27,562 nt of DNA from an uncultured delta proteobacterium (GTDB taxonomy: Bacteria; Desulfobacterota; Binatia; UBA9968), in assembly GCA_963840855.1 (NCBI GenBank), contig CAWJBB010000029.1, positions 1-27,562 on the forward strand, given 5' to 3'. Under the pieces are notes generated by a model. That model was given only the letters and a program-made list of their open reading frames with translations, was not told the DNA's origin and did no database searches. The position numbers were made by a program, and so were the translations under genes. This document shows, piece after piece, positions 18,830-26,257 of the stretch (the stretch's first letter is position 1; each line of letters begins with the position of its first letter).

Positions 18830-19366
18830 ATGAACGGCGACATTTCTTTCTCCGAGCTTATAAACGTTTTGAAGAGCGACTACGCCGTGATTACTCCGGC
18901 GCGAATGCAGGATATTCTCGACCGGCTTGTGGTAACGACCGAAGAGGCTCGACCTCACGCTCTTTTCTCCGAGAGAAGATATGCCCGCAACCTTATCCAT
19001 AAAAACCGTGAGTTCGAGATCATGATCATGTGCTGGAACGCGGGGCAGCGTTCCTCGATCCATGACCATGCCGGCTCATTGGGGGGATTAAAGATTCTCG
19101 AAGGCGAGCTCACCGAGTCCCTGTTCGAGAGAGCCGCCAATGGAATGATCAAATCGCTGAACTCAGTGGATTATGCAATCGATGAAACCCGTGTAGAGGA
19201 AACATCGCTAATACACCAGATTTCTAACCTCCAGGCAGGAAACGGCACTGCCGTTTCGGTCCATATCTACATTCCTCCGCTGATTCGCATGAACGTTTAC
19301 TCGTTGGAAGATCCGGCGGTTCGGAATATCCTGCCCCAATATTTTAGTCTTGGGTCCGGGATATAG
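18830..19366 (+). CDS. Cysteine dioxygenase type I family (thiol dioxygenase, cupin)
   Basis: YARNLI, MCWNAGQRSSIHDH, third His in LIHQISN, and Ser-His-Tyr motif SVHIY.PP. Confidence 0.9.
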   Translation: MNGDISFSELINVLKSDYAVITPARMQDILDRLVVTTEEARPHALFSERRYARNLIHKNREFEIMIMCWNAGQRSSIHDHAGSLGGLKILEGELTESLFERAANGMIKSLNSVDYAIDETRVEETSLIHQISNLQAGNGTAVSVHIYIPPLIRMNVYSLEDPAVRNILPQYFSLGSGI

Positions 19367-19400
19367 TATAGTGTCTCTTAAATCGGGGGACTGATTTACA

Positions 19401-19490
19401 CGTCATTCCGGGCAAGCTGGCGATAGCTAGCGCGACCCGGAATCCAGAAAATGAAAATACTTCTGGATACCCGCTTTCGCGGGCATGACG
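19401..19490. repeat. REP/RPE-like palindromic element (CGTCATTCCGG...GGAATCCAG...CTGGATACCCGCTTTCGCGGGCATGACG)
   Basis: Terminal inverted CGTCAT/ATGACG with internal hairpins ATCCAGAA..TTCTGGAT and CCCGC-TTTC-GCGGG. Lies between convergent genes. Confidence 0.75.
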
Positions 19491-19641
19491 TTGGGGAGGG
19501 CGCTCATTTAATTTGCACCCTTTAGTTCCACCAAAACCTGCCTATCACAATGCCTTTCCTCCGAGGCAATGTCAGTCCGGAGGGCAGGCACATAGGCCTG
19601 CCCATCGATGCGGCGCTGAAAGCAAACTGAACCACAACCGC

Positions 19642-20406
19642 TTATTTTGGGCCCATCGCCAGAAGCCGGCCCCAGCCTTTAACCGGCGCGATAACGCCGG
19701 GGCGTACCAAGTCGTTCCAAACTTCCGTGCTCATATTGGTGAAAGCCGGCTTGCCGAACTCCTCCTCCAATGCCGGGATCACATGCAGGCACAACGCCGC
19801 GCCTCCCGGCACCGAAATGGCCTCCGCGTCGGGGAACGATCGTGCCGCCTCGCGCCCGACGTCTAGAGCCATATTCAATCCTTCTTCCAAAGACATGGCG
19901 GCCGACTCCGCGCCCCACTGGTTTCGCTTGGTGATCCCGACGACGTCGATGCCGCCGTCTTTCAGATAGCGAACCAGCGCATCGTTGACCGGGTCCGCCC
20001 ACCGGCTGCCGACGGCGAGCTTTGTCACCCCGAGGTGTTTCATCGAGGCGATCAGCGCTTCCAGCGGCGCGTCGGTGGGGATGCCGGTTTTCTCCGTCGT
20101 CTGGCGCAGCAAATCGACAACGCGCTGGCGGCCCAAGGCGGCCGACACTGGCGCGCCGCCCAAGATGATGACCTGGGCTTTTTCCTGCGCCAGTGTCTCG
20201 ACGCACTTCCAGTAGTTGCCAAGCGCCTTCTCGACGGCATCCAGCGTGTAATTGGAAATTCCCAGCACCGCTGAAAATTCCATGACATCGAGCGGCACGA
20301 GACGGTAAAACTGATAACCAGCGCCGCGTTGACGCCCTTCGTGCGAGCGCGGATGAATCACACCGTAGCGAAAACGCGGCATAAAACTTTTAACATGATC
20401 AGCCAT
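19642..20406 (-). CDS. Asp/Glu racemase / maleate isomerase / arylmalonate decarboxylase superfamily protein lacking the canonical Cys pair
   Basis: ATG 20406 follows GGAGG. YGVIHP, TGIPT..LEA...MKHLGVTKLAV, N..L.RYL...GIDV, PDAEAI and IPALEEEFGKP.FT. Confidence 0.78.
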   Translation of the reverse strand: MADHVKSFMPRFRYGVIHPRSHEGRQRGAGYQFYRLVPLDVMEFSAVLGISNYTLDAVEKALGNYWKCVETLAQEKAQVIILGGAPVSAALGRQRVVDLLRQTTEKTGIPTDAPLEALIASMKHLGVTKLAVGSRWADPVNDALVRYLKDGGIDVVGITKRNQWGAESAAMSLEEGLNMALDVGREAARSFPDAEAISVPGGAALCLHVIPALEEEFGKPAFTNMSTEVWNDLVRPGVIAPVKGWGRLLAMGPK

Positions 20407-20450
20407 GGGGACCTCCGTTCTGTCAATTAATAGTGGTTGCAAACGCTGCT

Positions 20451-21263
20451 TTACTGCGCGAGAAAATCTGAAACCAACTTCGCCGTTTCTTCCGGCTTTT
20501 CCACATGAACACTGTGGCCGGCGCCTGGAATGACCGTTAGCTTCGCGTGGGGAATCAGCTTGGCATAGGTCTCACCGTGGACGCGCGGCACCATGTTGTC
20601 CTTTTCACCCCAGATCACCAGCGCAGGCGACGCGATGCGTTGCAGGCGGTTTCTCAGCGAATAATTATAAAAGTAAGGCGGCTTGAAACCGATGCGCGAG
20701 CCGAGCCGAAGCATCTGGTAGCGGCGCAGCTCCTCTTCGATGTCACCCATGCCGTCGGGAAAAAGCTGCAATGCCAGGGGCTGGTCAGCGCCGGCGAAAA
20801 GCATCGCCCGTAAGCCGGCGTAGCTCGCGCCGCGCTCAGGTTGCGCCATCATGAAAACATCGCCGATGAGAGCCCCCTCGACGAACAAACCCGCTGCTCC
20901 GATCAAAACCAATTTGCCGATTTTTTCCGGATGGCGCGCCGCCAATTCGGCAGCGATCCAGCCGCCGACGCAACTGCCGACGAGATCGAACTGCGTGAGC
21001 TTGAGAGCATCGAGAACTTCGAGGTAATGAAAAACTACGTCTTCGATGGCGTCCACGTCCTTGTTTTCATCGCTCTGGGCGCAGCCCGGATGGGCCGGCG
21101 CGATGACGCGCGCCCGTTGAGCCAACCGCTCGTGAAACGGCATCCAGCCGTCTTTGACCGAATGCACGTCGGCGAAGCCGTGCAAATATAAAAGCGGCGC
21201 GCCGCCGCCGTTTTCCAAAACCGCGACTTTGCGCCCGTAGACCTCGACGATGGCGGCGCTCAA
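20451..21263 (-). CDS. Alpha/beta hydrolase with Cys at the nucleophile elbow
   Basis: PLLYLHGF, APAHPG, LVGSCVGG, VIWGEKD and GAGHSVHVE. The TTG start overlaps the TGA of the upstream gene. Confidence 0.88.
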   Translation of the reverse strand: MSAAIVEVYGRKVAVLENGGGAPLLYLHGFADVHSVKDGWMPFHERLAQRARVIAPAHPGCAQSDENKDVDAIEDVVFHYLEVLDALKLTQFDLVGSCVGGWIAAELAARHPEKIGKLVLIGAAGLFVEGALIGDVFMMAQPERGASYAGLRAMLFAGADQPLALQLFPDGMGDIEEELRRYQMLRLGSRIGFKPPYFYNYSLRNRLQRIASPALVIWGEKDNMVPRVHGETYAKLIPHAKLTVIPGAGHSVHVEKPEETAKLVSDFLAQ

Positions 21264-22504
21264 TGGAGTGCCTCCGCTGATTGTTCGACGTTCGCGCCGG
21301 GGAATTCGTCAGTGAACTGTTTCAACGAAGCATGGCGCAAGGCCGGCGCGACTTGCTCGGCGAAGAGCTTCATGCTCTTGCGCGCCAGATGGTCGGGCAT
21401 ATTGCCGAGTTGGAATTGGATCAACAGATTGCCGACTTTAGCCTTTTCGATCAGATTTTGAATGCGCCGGGTAACCGTCTCCGCGCTGCCGACGATGATC
21501 GACTGCGAGGCGTCCAGCTCATCCCAGTTCTCGACGTCGCCCAAAAGCTTTCGCCCCGGTTTGTAACCTTTTAAATATTCTCTCCAGGCGGCGACCGGTA
21601 CATATGGCACGCCGGGGCCGAACGTCAGCTGGCGTCCCTCGCGGCGCAGGTGGCCCTTGAGGCAATTTTTCAAGAAATACCAGACGCCCTCTTCACACTC
21701 CTCGCGCGCCTGGCGGTCGGTCTCGGCGACATAGGTGGACATTAGAATGCCGAAACGGAACGGTTGATACTTGTCGCCGTGCTTTTCAAGCACCGCGGCG
21801 AACTCCTGCTGCGCCCGGTGGGTTTCGCCGCCGTGGCTGCGTGAGGAGAGAAAATAACAATAACCGCGCTTGGCCACCTCCGCCATCGTTGACGCGCTGC
21901 GCGAGCCGGGAATCCACACCGGAGGAAAAGGCTTCTGCAAAGGCTTGGGCCAGAGATTGACGTAACGCAGCGGGAAGTAGCGCCCTTCGTGGGCGAAAGG
22001 CCCGTCTTCCGTCCATGAGCGCACGATCAGATCGGCGGCCTCCCAGAACTTTTCCCGCGAGTTCGCCGATGGCACATCGTAGTTGAATGTCTCCGGACCG
22101 CCGCCGGGCGCGAATCCGGCGATGATCCGCCCGTCGCTCATCTGATCGAGCATCGCGTACTCTTCCGCGACGCGCAGCGGGTTCATGTGCAGCGGCAAGA
22201 GATTGCCGAGGACAATGATTTTCCCGCGCGAGGTGCACTGCGTCAGCGCCGCAGCGATCATGTTAGGGGACGGCATCAAACCGTAGATATTCTGGTGGTG
22301 TTCGTTCAGAACCATGCCGTCGAAGCCCAACTCATCGGCGTAGGCGAGCTGGTTGATATACTCTTGATAAAGCCCGCGCGCCTTGCCGTTGTCCCATAAA
22401 TGGTTGGGCACCGTGACCCAGCCCGTGTCATATTTTTCGTCGAAGTCCTTGCCCAGGCAGGGATACGCCATGAAATGCCAGCAAAAAAGTTGCACCGGTT
22501 TCAT
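21260..22504 (-). CDS. Luciferase-like (LLM class) flavin-dependent monooxygenase
   Basis: ADELGFDGMVLNEHH, PSPN, NPLRVAEEYAMLDQMSDGR, PKPLQKP.PPVW and IIVGSAETV. Confidence 0.93.
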   Translation of the reverse strand: MKPVQLFCWHFMAYPCLGKDFDEKYDTGWVTVPNHLWDNGKARGLYQEYINQLAYADELGFDGMVLNEHHQNIYGLMPSPNMIAAALTQCTSRGKIIVLGNLLPLHMNPLRVAEEYAMLDQMSDGRIIAGFAPGGGPETFNYDVPSANSREKFWEAADLIVRSWTEDGPFAHEGRYFPLRYVNLWPKPLQKPFPPVWIPGSRSASTMAEVAKRGYCYFLSSRSHGGETHRAQQEFAAVLEKHGDKYQPFRFGILMSTYVAETDRQAREECEEGVWYFLKNCLKGHLRREGRQLTFGPGVPYVPVAAWREYLKGYKPGRKLLGDVENWDELDASQSIIVGSAETVTRRIQNLIEKAKVGNLLIQFQLGNMPDHLARKSMKLFAEQVAPALRHASLKQFTDEFPGANVEQSAEALH

Positions 22505-22659
22505 CGTTCACCTCTACAGAATTACATGCCCCGACCTCGTCATGGTCTTACGACAACTGTGTCGCCGGCGCAACCCGATGCTGGCGATTTTCTTTCCCTT
22601 GCTTGGATATCGGCGCTCGGTATGTGAAATTCTCTTCGGTTGCATGTAGAACATACGGC

Positions 22660-22821
22660 ATGAAGTCGTCAGTCAAACTGTTCGTGCTGACCGTTATGCT
22701 CGCCTCTTGCGTGGGCCACGAGACGGAATTCGCTCGCTCGCTCAGCGCGCCGAGCTTCGCCGATTGGATATTGCTCAACGGCAAGACCGTTTACGCCGCC
22801 GGTCCGTTTGCAAGATTCTAG
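22660..22821 (+). pseudogene. Possible 5' remnant of a lipoprotein amidohydrolase (YtcJ-like N-terminus)
   Basis: MKSSVKLFVLTVMLASC (lipobox) followed by ADWILLNGK, then a stop after 53 aa. Confidence 0.45.
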
Positions 22822-22842
22822 CAACCGTGAAAAAACAAATTT

Positions 22843-22895
22843 AACCGCAAAGGCATGTCCTGAACGAAGCCGAAGGAACGCAAAGAACGCAGAGA
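22843..22895 (+). repeat. CGCAAAG(A/G)A-type short repeat interrupted by a 23-bp CATGTCCTGAACGAAGCCGAAGG element
   Basis: AACCGCAAAGG [22854-22876] AACGCAAAGAACGCAGAGA. AAGG occurs just before the insert and at its end. Confidence 0.55.
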
Positions 22896-22904
22896 AGTGG
22901 GGAC

Positions 22905-22983
22905 TCACCACGAAGGCACGAAGGTCACGAAGTTTGAGAAAATAATATCTGAACCCTTCGTGTTCTTCGTGCCTTCGTGGTGA
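22905..22983. repeat. Long palindromic element built of CACGAAG units (28-bp arms, 23-nt loop)
   Basis: TCACCACGAAGGCACGAAGGTCACGAAG (22905-22932) vs CTTCGTGTTCTTCGTGCCTTCGTGGTGA (22956-22983), 26/28 complementary. Confidence 0.9.
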
Positions 22984-23086
22984 AAATCCGTTTCCTTGAT
23001 TGCCGTATCCATGCTCACCAGCTGCAAACAATTTGCCCGAGCCGCGAGAGCTTTTACGTGTAAAAGTATGGAAGGAGTAGAGACCG

Positions 23087-24211
23087 ATGGCAAATGATAT
23101 CCTCAATCGAGAGCAAGCCGAAAAGGCGCTTTATCCCGCGCCCGGGCTGCCCGGCGGCGGCCAGCTCGAAGTGCGCATGGAGATATCCCAGTTTCATCCC
23201 GACCCGGACATTCGCGGGGTGGCGCGCCGCGTCAAATCTTTCAATCTCGAAAGCTGGCACAAGGAATGGAGCGAGGCCGCCAAGAAGAACGAAGAGCTGG
23301 CCGCGGGCTTCCAGCAAGAAAACCGCAAAGCCACGGCTCACGAGTTCTATTTGCGCGCCGCGGACTTTTACCGGCGCGCGGTGGTGTACATGCCCGACAC
23401 CGATCCGCGCATGCTGCCGACCTTTAAGAAACTCGAAGAGAATTTTGCCAAAGCATGGAGCATGGCGCCGGCGCCCTTTGAGCGCGTAGAGATCCCCTAC
23501 GAAGGCCAGATGTTGCCGGCCCATTTCTGGCCGGGCCGGGGCAAGCCCGGCGCGCGCCTGCCGGTGGTATATAACTACGGCGGCGCGGACGGCATTCTCC
23601 TGCGTGGCGAAGACGGCGGCGCGGGGCAGTATGTGCGCCGCGGCATGTCGTTTATCGACGTCGATGGCCCCGGGCACGGCGGCACCTTGCGCTACAAGAA
23701 GCTCTACGCGCCACCCGACTCCGAGCGCGTCGCCAAGGCGGTGATCGATTACCTCGTCACCCGTCCCGACGTCGATGCCGAGCGAATAGGGCTGCATGGC
23801 TCCAGTATGGGCGGTTACTCAGGCCCGCGCTCGGCCACGGCGGAAAAAAGAATCAAGGCCGTCGCGGTGTGGAGCGGCGCCTACAATCTTGTCGACGATA
23901 TCTTTGATAATTATCCGCCGATCCAGGACCGGCTGCGCTGGCTCATGGGCGCCAAGGATCTGCAAGAAGCGCGGGAGAAAATGAAAGAGTTTACCCTGAT
24001 CGGCCGGGCGAACAAGATCGAATGCCCGCTGCTCGTCGGCTACAGCCATGACGACCGCGTCATGGACCCGCGCGGCGCGCTCAACCTCTACGAAAACGCC
24101 GTCAATTCGACCGATCGCAGCATGGTCGACGGCGTCGGCCATGGCGAAAAGAATTTTTCCCGGCGCACATACATCGCCGACTGGTTTATGAAGCAGCTCA
24201 ACGCCGGATAA
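23087..24211 (+). CDS. Alpha/beta hydrolase, FrsA / 2,6-dihydroxypseudooxynicotine hydrolase-like
   Basis: RBS AAGGAG. N-terminal helical region (A.EFYLRAA.FY..A), ERVEIPYEG, GGADG, DGPGHG, GSSMGGY, Asp in HDD and His in GVGH. Confidence 0.85.
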   Translation: MANDILNREQAEKALYPAPGLPGGGQLEVRMEISQFHPDPDIRGVARRVKSFNLESWHKEWSEAAKKNEELAAGFQQENRKATAHEFYLRAADFYRRAVVYMPDTDPRMLPTFKKLEENFAKAWSMAPAPFERVEIPYEGQMLPAHFWPGRGKPGARLPVVYNYGGADGILLRGEDGGAGQYVRRGMSFIDVDGPGHGGTLRYKKLYAPPDSERVAKAVIDYLVTRPDVDAERIGLHGSSMGGYSGPRSATAEKRIKAVAVWSGAYNLVDDIFDNYPPIQDRLRWLMGAKDLQEAREKMKEFTLIGRANKIECPLLVGYSHDDRVMDPRGALNLYENAVNSTDRSMVDGVGHGEKNFSRRTYIADWFMKQLNAG

Positions 24212-24223
24212 GAACAAATAACT

Positions 24224-24250
24224 CGTTCAAAACGTTCAAACGGTTCAAGC
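24224..24250 (+). repeat. Three 9-mer tandem units CGTTCAAAA/CGTTCAAAC/GGTTCAAGC
   Basis: Read directly in the spacer between the hydrolase and the VOC gene. Confidence 0.65.
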
Positions 24251-24267
24251 CGAGCCGGAGGTCCCAT

Positions 24268-25098
24268 ATGCCCATCGCCCAATCGCTCGATCATTTTGTC
24301 GTTCCAGTAGACGATATCGTCGTCGCCGAAGAGTTCTACGTTCAGGTCTTCGGCGGGCAGGTCACGAAGCGCAATGGTTTGAACGTGCGCCAGCGCAAGC
24401 GCGGCGCGGTGCCGCACACTTTTATTCAAATCGGCGGCAAGCGCATGGGCGTCTATCTGCAAAGCGATGAACGGCCGAAGCCCGCCGGCGCGCGCGGCTT
24501 GCCGACTTATTCTTTCACCACCACGGCGTGGGGACTCGATGAAGTCGGAGACGAACTGAATTCGCTGGGCGTCAAATTCGAGGGACCGATAGCGCAGGCG
24601 CTTTCATTTGCCGATCGATCACTATTCTTTACTGACCCGGCTGGCAATCACTACGCGGTTTACACGCCGAAAAATGTTGCCGCGCCGGCGAGCGACGCCA
24701 TCGGCCGCATGACCGCAGTGGGTTATATCGAGCTGGAAGCGCCCGATATAGAAAAGTCCATCGATTTTTACGCCAAGGTGCTCGGCTTTGAGCTGCAAAG
24801 TCGCAACGCAAGTCTGCGCCAGGCGACTTTGAAAATGACCAGCGGCCAAACTTTAATCTTGACCGAAGCGCCGTTTTCTCCCAAAGGACTGGTGATGAGC
24901 CGGAAAGTGCCCGGGCCGCACATCGCGTTCTTGGTTCCCGCGGCAAAGTGGAGCCTGGCCCTCGCCCATTTGAATGAATTGGGAATTGAAAACGGTGATC
25001 GCGGCGCGGCCAAAGAACGCACAGACGGACAGGGCGGTACCTACATGGACGACCCCGCCGGCTACGTGATCCAATTCATCACCGACGGTATGGAATAG
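24268..25098 (+). CDS. Two-domain VOC (glyoxalase/extradiol dioxygenase) family protein
   Basis: RBS GGAGG. LDHFVVPVDD..AEEFY.QVFG..SLFFTDPAGN, then a second domain DIEKSIDFYAKVLGF..PHIAF..YMDDPAG. Confidence 0.88.
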   Translation: MPIAQSLDHFVVPVDDIVVAEEFYVQVFGGQVTKRNGLNVRQRKRGAVPHTFIQIGGKRMGVYLQSDERPKPAGARGLPTYSFTTTAWGLDEVGDELNSLGVKFEGPIAQALSFADRSLFFTDPAGNHYAVYTPKNVAAPASDAIGRMTAVGYIELEAPDIEKSIDFYAKVLGFELQSRNASLRQATLKMTSGQTLILTEAPFSPKGLVMSRKVPGPHIAFLVPAAKWSLALAHLNELGIENGDRGAAKERTDGQGGTYMDDPAGYVIQFITDGME

Positions 25099-25156
25099 AG
25101 GATCCTTTGTTTCGCTTAAACAGGGCCGTAAAATAGATTCAAATGGAGGAAAGAGC

Positions 25157-26230
25157 ATGTCGATTCGCACTTGCAGAAAGTCTTGGATCGTTCTTCTCCT
25201 GCTCGCACTGCTGCTCGCCGCCCGCGATTCCGGAGCCGCCACCGCGGAAGAATCTCTGGCCAAAATCAACCAACTGGCGCCGGCGGAGCGGCAGGCAGCC
25301 TTGGTGCGCGAGGCCAAAAAAGAAGGCAGCATCGTCTGGTACGCGCCCATGAACCGCGAAGACCTGCGCCAGTTCTCGAGCGCATTCGAGGCGGAATATC
25401 CGTTCCTTAAAATCGAACTGCTCACCGGCGGCCCACAGAGTTTGCTCAATCGCATTTTGACCGAACAACGGGCTGGCAAGCACAACTTCGACATGATCAA
25501 TATCCGCAGCTCGGCGGTCTACACGTTGAGGAAAGCCAACGCCGTGATGCGCTACGACACGCCCTACCGAAAAGCGCTGCGCCCCGGCTTTTACGACAAA
25601 GACGGCTACATAAACGGTATTTGGGCCTCGCTCCTGGTCTATCTCTTCAATGCCAAGCAAGTCAGCCGCGCCGAGGCGCCAAAAACCATCGACGACCTTT
25701 TGCAGCCCAAATGGAAGGGCAAAATGGGCATCGACCAGGACGCCGATGATTGGATCGCGGCGATACTGGAATATTACGGCGACGAAAAAGGCAAACAGAT
25801 CGTGCGCAATCTGGCCGCGCAGAAGTTGAACATCAGAAAGGGCCGCACCCTGGTTTCTCAACTGGTTGCCGCCGGCGAATTTCCCCTGCAGATCGACGCC
25901 CACCATCACGAAGTGGTGAATTTGCGCCGGTCCGGTGCGCCCATCGATTATGTATTTCCGGAGCCCTTCGTGCCGGTGAAAGCTGTCTCGACCCTGACCT
26001 TGGGGCGCCAGGCGCCGCATCCGCACGCAGCAGCGCTGCTGCTGGACTTTATGATTTCTCGCAAGGGCCAGGAGATCGCTTTCCGCCAGCGGCGCTGGCC
26101 GGCGCACCGAGAACTCGCCACGGGCGGTCCCGACGACGTCGGCAACCGCAAGACTCTCGTCCCCGACGCGGAGAAATGGGGCAGCCGCTACGAAGAATTG
26201 GTGCAGCTAACGGCGCTTTTTGGACGCTAG
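25157..26230 (+). CDS. ABC solute-binding protein (Fe3+/thiamine class)
   Basis: RBS GGAGG, signal peptide, EAKKEG, APKTIDDLLQPKWKGK, LVAAGEF and APHPHAAALLLDF.IS..GQ. Confidence 0.9.
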   Translation: MSIRTCRKSWIVLLLLALLLAARDSGAATAEESLAKINQLAPAERQAALVREAKKEGSIVWYAPMNREDLRQFSSAFEAEYPFLKIELLTGGPQSLLNRILTEQRAGKHNFDMINIRSSAVYTLRKANAVMRYDTPYRKALRPGFYDKDGYINGIWASLLVYLFNAKQVSRAEAPKTIDDLLQPKWKGKMGIDQDADDWIAAILEYYGDEKGKQIVRNLAAQKLNIRKGRTLVSQLVAAGEFPLQIDAHHHEVVNLRRSGAPIDYVFPEPFVPVKAVSTLTLGRQAPHPHAAALLLDFMISRKGQEIAFRQRRWPAHRELATGGPDDVGNRKTLVPDAEKWGSRYEELVQLTALFGR

Positions 26231-26257
26231 CGCTGGTGCAATCGTGTTGCCGTCCCA

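Noticed and set aside
22843-22983. CRISPR array
   Set aside because: The units are 7-9 nt, form an inverted pair, have no unique spacers, and there are no cas genes.
22669-23106. 145-aa minus-strand ORF
   Set aside because: It runs through the palindromic repeats, and its peptide (SPRRHEEHE, LRDLRAFVV) is simply translated repeat.
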